Source: Selaginella moellendorffii
Lineage: Eukaryota > Plantae > Lycopodiophyta
Assembly (NCBI RefSeq): GCF_000143415.4
Contig: NW_003314292.1
Location: 1,185,498-1,249,497, forward strand
Length of the DNA: 64,000 nucleotides
Reading direction: 5' to 3'
Below, piece after piece: positions 59,468-64,000 of the stretch. The notes beneath the pieces were generated by a model. It was given only the letters and a program-made list of their open reading frames with translations. It had not been told where the DNA came from and did no database searches. The translations under genes were made by a program, and so were the position numbers. How positions within the stretch are numbered: the first letter of the stretch is position 1; each line of letters begins with the position of its first letter.

Positions 59468-61788
59468 TATAGGTACAAGTGGAGTGGCAAGATCATGGAG
59501 TGTATAAGTAATTTGAAAGTCCATTATGGCAACATTCTGTAAGTGATTAAATTTTTCATTTTACTTTAATCATTTAACCACACATTCAACCACTTGGAAA
59601 AATCTCACTCACAACCTTCATAAATTTTATTCTAGACTTGGGGTTAAATGCTCCACATATCCAATCTTATAACTGACACTCAAAAACACTATTGACATAT
59701 TAACCTATTATGCTAAAGCCATGTACAAGTAAAAGTCATCTCTTTCTTAAAATAAATAATCCCATTACATGGCCTAAATGTTTGGCAAACTTTATTTGGA
59801 CAAATGGAAGAATGTTCATCAAATATTAATCCCACAACCTAGGTTTTAGAGATGATTGCTTTGGGCTTTCACCCTCAAACTCATTCTTGGTTTTGGACTT
59901 GGTTTCAAACTTCAATTTTGGTCTTGAACTTGGTCACTGGAGTGGATCCATCTCAATTCAATCTGATTGTTGCCATAAGTCACTCCATAAATATTCTCCA
60001 CTTTTAACGTTCTTTTACTTGGGCAGAACTTACATCCAAGGTAGTGCCTCGCCTACTTCATGTACTTGTTCAAGAACTTGAGATGGAAATCACTCCTGAT
60101 CGGTTGTGGAGAACGAGAGTAAGATTGTCAGAGAGAACCACTTGGAAGCGATGTATTTTACTCTGCAATTTTGCAGAGTTTCTTTAGCGAAATCGCTGTG
60201 TTCTTGTCAGTTTTGTGTACCCAACGAACGCGCAAGGTTTCGCCAGCCTAGCACGGGACTGGGATTGTACTTGGCTCGCAGTCGGTCTTTCAAGTGAAAG
60301 CACTGCTGCAAGAAATCTTTGCACATTCTGATGCGTCCTCTGGTACTGGTGGCTTTCGCGATTGATTGCCGTTCGATTCCTGGATGGCTGGAAAGCACGC
60401 AAAGTTTGTGGCCAGCAAGATTTACGTACGTGACTGTAAGCATTTCTCCAATAGCACGCCCTTTGATAACCTCTGCGGCTGGAAAGCAAGGATCTCCTTA
60501 CAGTCCGGGGAAGGCCGTCTATGGCGTATGATCAACAAGGCCTGGTATTTGCTGTTGCTATGGAAGGTGGGCTGTTTGATGTACGATCTTCTCGACTGAA
60601 GTAAGGTTTAGCTCAGCAGCCGTGTAACTATATGAGATAAGAAGCTGGAAATCAGGAACTTGATTTACGTGATCAAGCAAGTACCTCGAAGGCTTCAGGG
60701 ACGAAGGGTGTATACACTATTCTTTCTTCTGGACTGCTTGAAAGTCCTGCAGAGTGTTGCCTGGACGAGAAAGAAAATAAATCGCATGAACGGAGAAACA
60801 AATTTCCGTACAGCTGCTTGCATCCTTCAACCGCGCCTTTGGAAGTTCCCAAAATATGTCCTGATCGAAAACCCTTATGTTGGGTTAGGGCTATAGAGCT
60901 GGCGATGGAGGCAGTGATGGTCGAGCCGGCCCAGGATATGACTAGTTGTGTGGTGTGCTTGGCAGAGATAGGGAGAGTGCAGGAGCGCGTTGTGGTAACT
61001 TTCCATGCAGCTTACCCGGACGTAAGAGATACGCACCTGTATTCTGTACATCTCGAACTTCTCAAGTTACGCCGATATCGACTCATGGATCTCTGGAGCT
61101 GTCAACGTGCCGTACGCCACAAGCTCTGGAGCTCGCATTCCGAAAGTAAGAATATGTGCGTTGTACTTTTTAAAAAGATGGGCGGTTCTTTTGCAGCATG
61201 AATTACGAGCTGCGGGCTCTGGTGGGAACATCAGATTGCTGGGTATGTGGTAATCTCTCTTCTTGTCTGATTATTGCTGTTGCTGTGAATGTTTGGTTTG
61301 GTTTTGGTTATAGGATTGGTGTGCACAAACCAGGTCCTTGGTGGTGGTGCTTGGAGACGCACATGTGTATGTGTTTGGCGAGGCCCTTGCGACGGTGATA
61401 CTGTGCCGAAGTGGGAAGGACGAGAGGCTGACCCGTCCAAGTTCTCTCTACCGTCTCAAAAATGCTAGTCCCCCGCAAAGCAGCAGTCTACCTTTTTACT
61501 ACCACAAGGTACTCACCCTTTCGTTGAAATTTGTTATTCTGGAAGCCTGTGCACGCAGGAGCGGCTGACTACAGCAGACTCCTATCTTATTGTTGCATCA
61601 AGACACCTAGAGTGTCACATGGATAGCGATTATACTAGCGTTTTCAGCTGTGAGTATTGTATACTTTTGATCCGCAAACGAGCTTGTAACGTGCGAACTA
61701 GTACAGGGCCTCGAGGAAGCTCGATGTAGGGACCGATGAATGCAGGACATTTGCAGTAGTTCCTGTTGCAGAGCTGCTGCGACAGAAA

Positions 61789-63020
61789 GTGGCCTCTGGA
61801 ATGACTCTTGAGGGGAGTGGACAGCTACACAGTGCCGCAAGGGACAAAGAGGAAGGCCCAATCGATATATATTCTGAGCCTCCCTATGAATCTGAGTCTG
61901 AAGACGAAGATGAGACTGAAGACGAGGAAGAGATGGTAGAGTTATATGGTGTTAGACCCCATGGTTTGCGCCCCCTAGGTACGTACAGTAAACTAATTAT
62001 AGCTATATAACGATGTTACTGTTCTCAGTCAATGGGAACCCTCAAGTACCCAAACCTGTTACCTCTCGCGAGCCCCAACGTCCCAGGGACCCCTGCATAA
62101 GGGTGATGGACCTCAAGGTAATAATGCTTCAAATTTACCTCTCTTCTTTTTTTTTGATTTTCTCAAGCTTGTTCGTAAAGTCGGCTCTTGCAAGTTTGTG
62201 ATTAAAAGTGGAGACATACTAGAGTGGTTTGTGAACGGAAAGAATGATGCTATCGTAATTCCTGTTGGAGGTCAGATACACCAGGGTAAGGCAAAGGGGT
62301 GTTTAGAGCTTTTGACTTTTCTTTTTTCAGAAATATGTTTGCTACTACTGGTTCGAGGTTTACTGCCTTGGAGATCATGTAACTGTCTTTCCTTATTTTT
62401 GAACTTTTGAACTGACTTGTTTCTCAGCCCTTCAGAGGGACTGCCAGCATCTAAAATCATTGCTACTCTAGGCACAAGATACTCCAAAGACAGGGAGACG
62501 GAAGCTGCCAGACAACTTGGTCTCACTTACGGGTATGTCAGAGCGTGTAGAAAATTTGATACATTGTGCTTTTGCTGGATTGTCCCAGTCAAAAGGATTA
62601 CAAATGAAAGGGGCCAATTGCAAATTTAGCAGTACATGATTACAGGAACGCTATAACATTTGCTTGCAAGGAGGGCGTTAAGCATATAGCACTCCCAGCT
62701 ATCTCGTGTGGATCTGGCGGGTTTGTACTCACACCTTACCTCTTGTATATACTGAGTTTGCATTGTGTTTCAGGTTTCCTGTGGATAAAGCTGCACATAT
62801 TGCTGTAGAATGCGTACAAAAGGCACTCAAAAGTGCTGAAGCGTCCATTGAGGTAACCTGGCTTAGACATGCCTTTGTTATTCTGTTAAAATTGTAGGTT
62901 CACTTTGTGATAAAGGACGAACCCACCTGGAGAGCCTAGGTAGCTACAACAGACCTCCTTGCATTTTTGGATTATGATTGGTATGTATCATGTTGGAGCA
63001 ACAGACCTCCTTTTCCAGTC
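61789..63020 (+). pseudogene. Second macro-domain copy, pseudogenised
   Basis: Deletion across an exon start (about 62160), a 1-nt loss (about 62340) and TGG>TAG at 62937. Confidence 0.82.
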
Positions 63021-64000
63021 GAGAATATTTTGAAGGGATAATTTTATCTTGAGAGGATAGAAATAAGTCATATATGATAATGGTTTAAAAGACATTTAAA
63101 ATAAAATAATGCAAAGGTTAGGGTAAACCTTCATGGCTAATACCACTAGAAAATGGTAAATAGATTCATGCCCAATTGAACAATCTATATGCTATGCTAT
63201 TATAATTCCCAAGCAAGGTAATATATATATGATGTGTGGTCCAAGTGTATGGTTATAATGTTGTATATTAATATTAGCATAGTAGCTGTTGACTTCTATA
63301 TATAAACTAAGGTTTTTGGGTTAATTGATATGCACATTTTTTGTATTCCCTTTCTATATTTCATACATTCACATTAGTGGAGATGAAAGGTAGTTTTGAT
63401 TGTCCCTAATGAGTGTTTGGATTTGGGATTTTGATTTAAATTTAACTTTTGCATCATTTAGATTTAGTTTTTTCCATTTTCTTTCTTTTGTTCTTTCTTT
63501 TTAGGATTTTGGTTTAAATCTAACTTTTGCATTATCTAGATCTCCCTAACTTTTTTTCATTTATCTTCTTTTGCTTTTTCCTATTCATTCATTTTCATGG
63601 CAGAGTAGCAATCTCCTCCTCTTTTGACTCTGGAGCAGCATTTGGTGCAATTACTTGATGCTATGTGATTGCAATTGAACAACAAAACTCAGTTGATCGT
63701 GGCATTCATGGCATGTGGTACAACTCCTCTTGCTCTTAGTGTCAATCCTCATGTTTAGCCAAAGTTCTTTCGTGGGAATCTTAGGGATGATGTGTACCAT
63801 TGGTTTGATCACTTCATGGTGATTGCCACATATCATTCTTGGAATGATGTTTGATATTTGCATGAGTTCCCCACGTGTTTCCAAGGGACAGTGTTACAGT
63901 GGTACAATGGTTTAAACACAATCACTCATAGGGATTAGAATGTTCTCCTGGATGTTTTCAAACGTCCATTCAAATATGCCAATGATTGTAATAATGCCTT

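Overview
Eukaryotic, plant-type DNA. The very short GT-AG introns (about 42-60 nt), GC-rich gene islands and AT-rich transposon debris suggest a lycophyte such as Selaginella, which is an inference. The left part (about 1.9-30 kb) is a nested transposon pile. A decayed Mutator-like (MULE/SWIM) transposase was split by an old minus-strand Ty3/gypsy element (C, 6239-26486). Element C in turn hosts a fungal-type chromovirus with a self-priming signature (A, 6303-11865), a young near-intact chromovirus (B, 13595-20861, TSD CCTGA) and a B-family solo LTR (25193-26323, TSD CTCAC). B-family LTRs show stem-loops with compensatory base changes. At 31.3-32.0 kb there is an intronless, secreted, bacterial-looking LamG/ConA-like gene with ABRE motifs. 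The right part is a repeatedly duplicated and rearranged gene block: an AT-rich bulb-lectin pseudogene, an oligopeptidase-B::RadA exon chimera, RMI1 (three copies or fragments in the window), an intronless Ser/Thr kinase, an intact nicotinamidase, and a degenerate macro-domain gene in two copies. A micro-inversion junction lies at about 60 kb. All calls come from manual reading and motif recall, and no searches were run.
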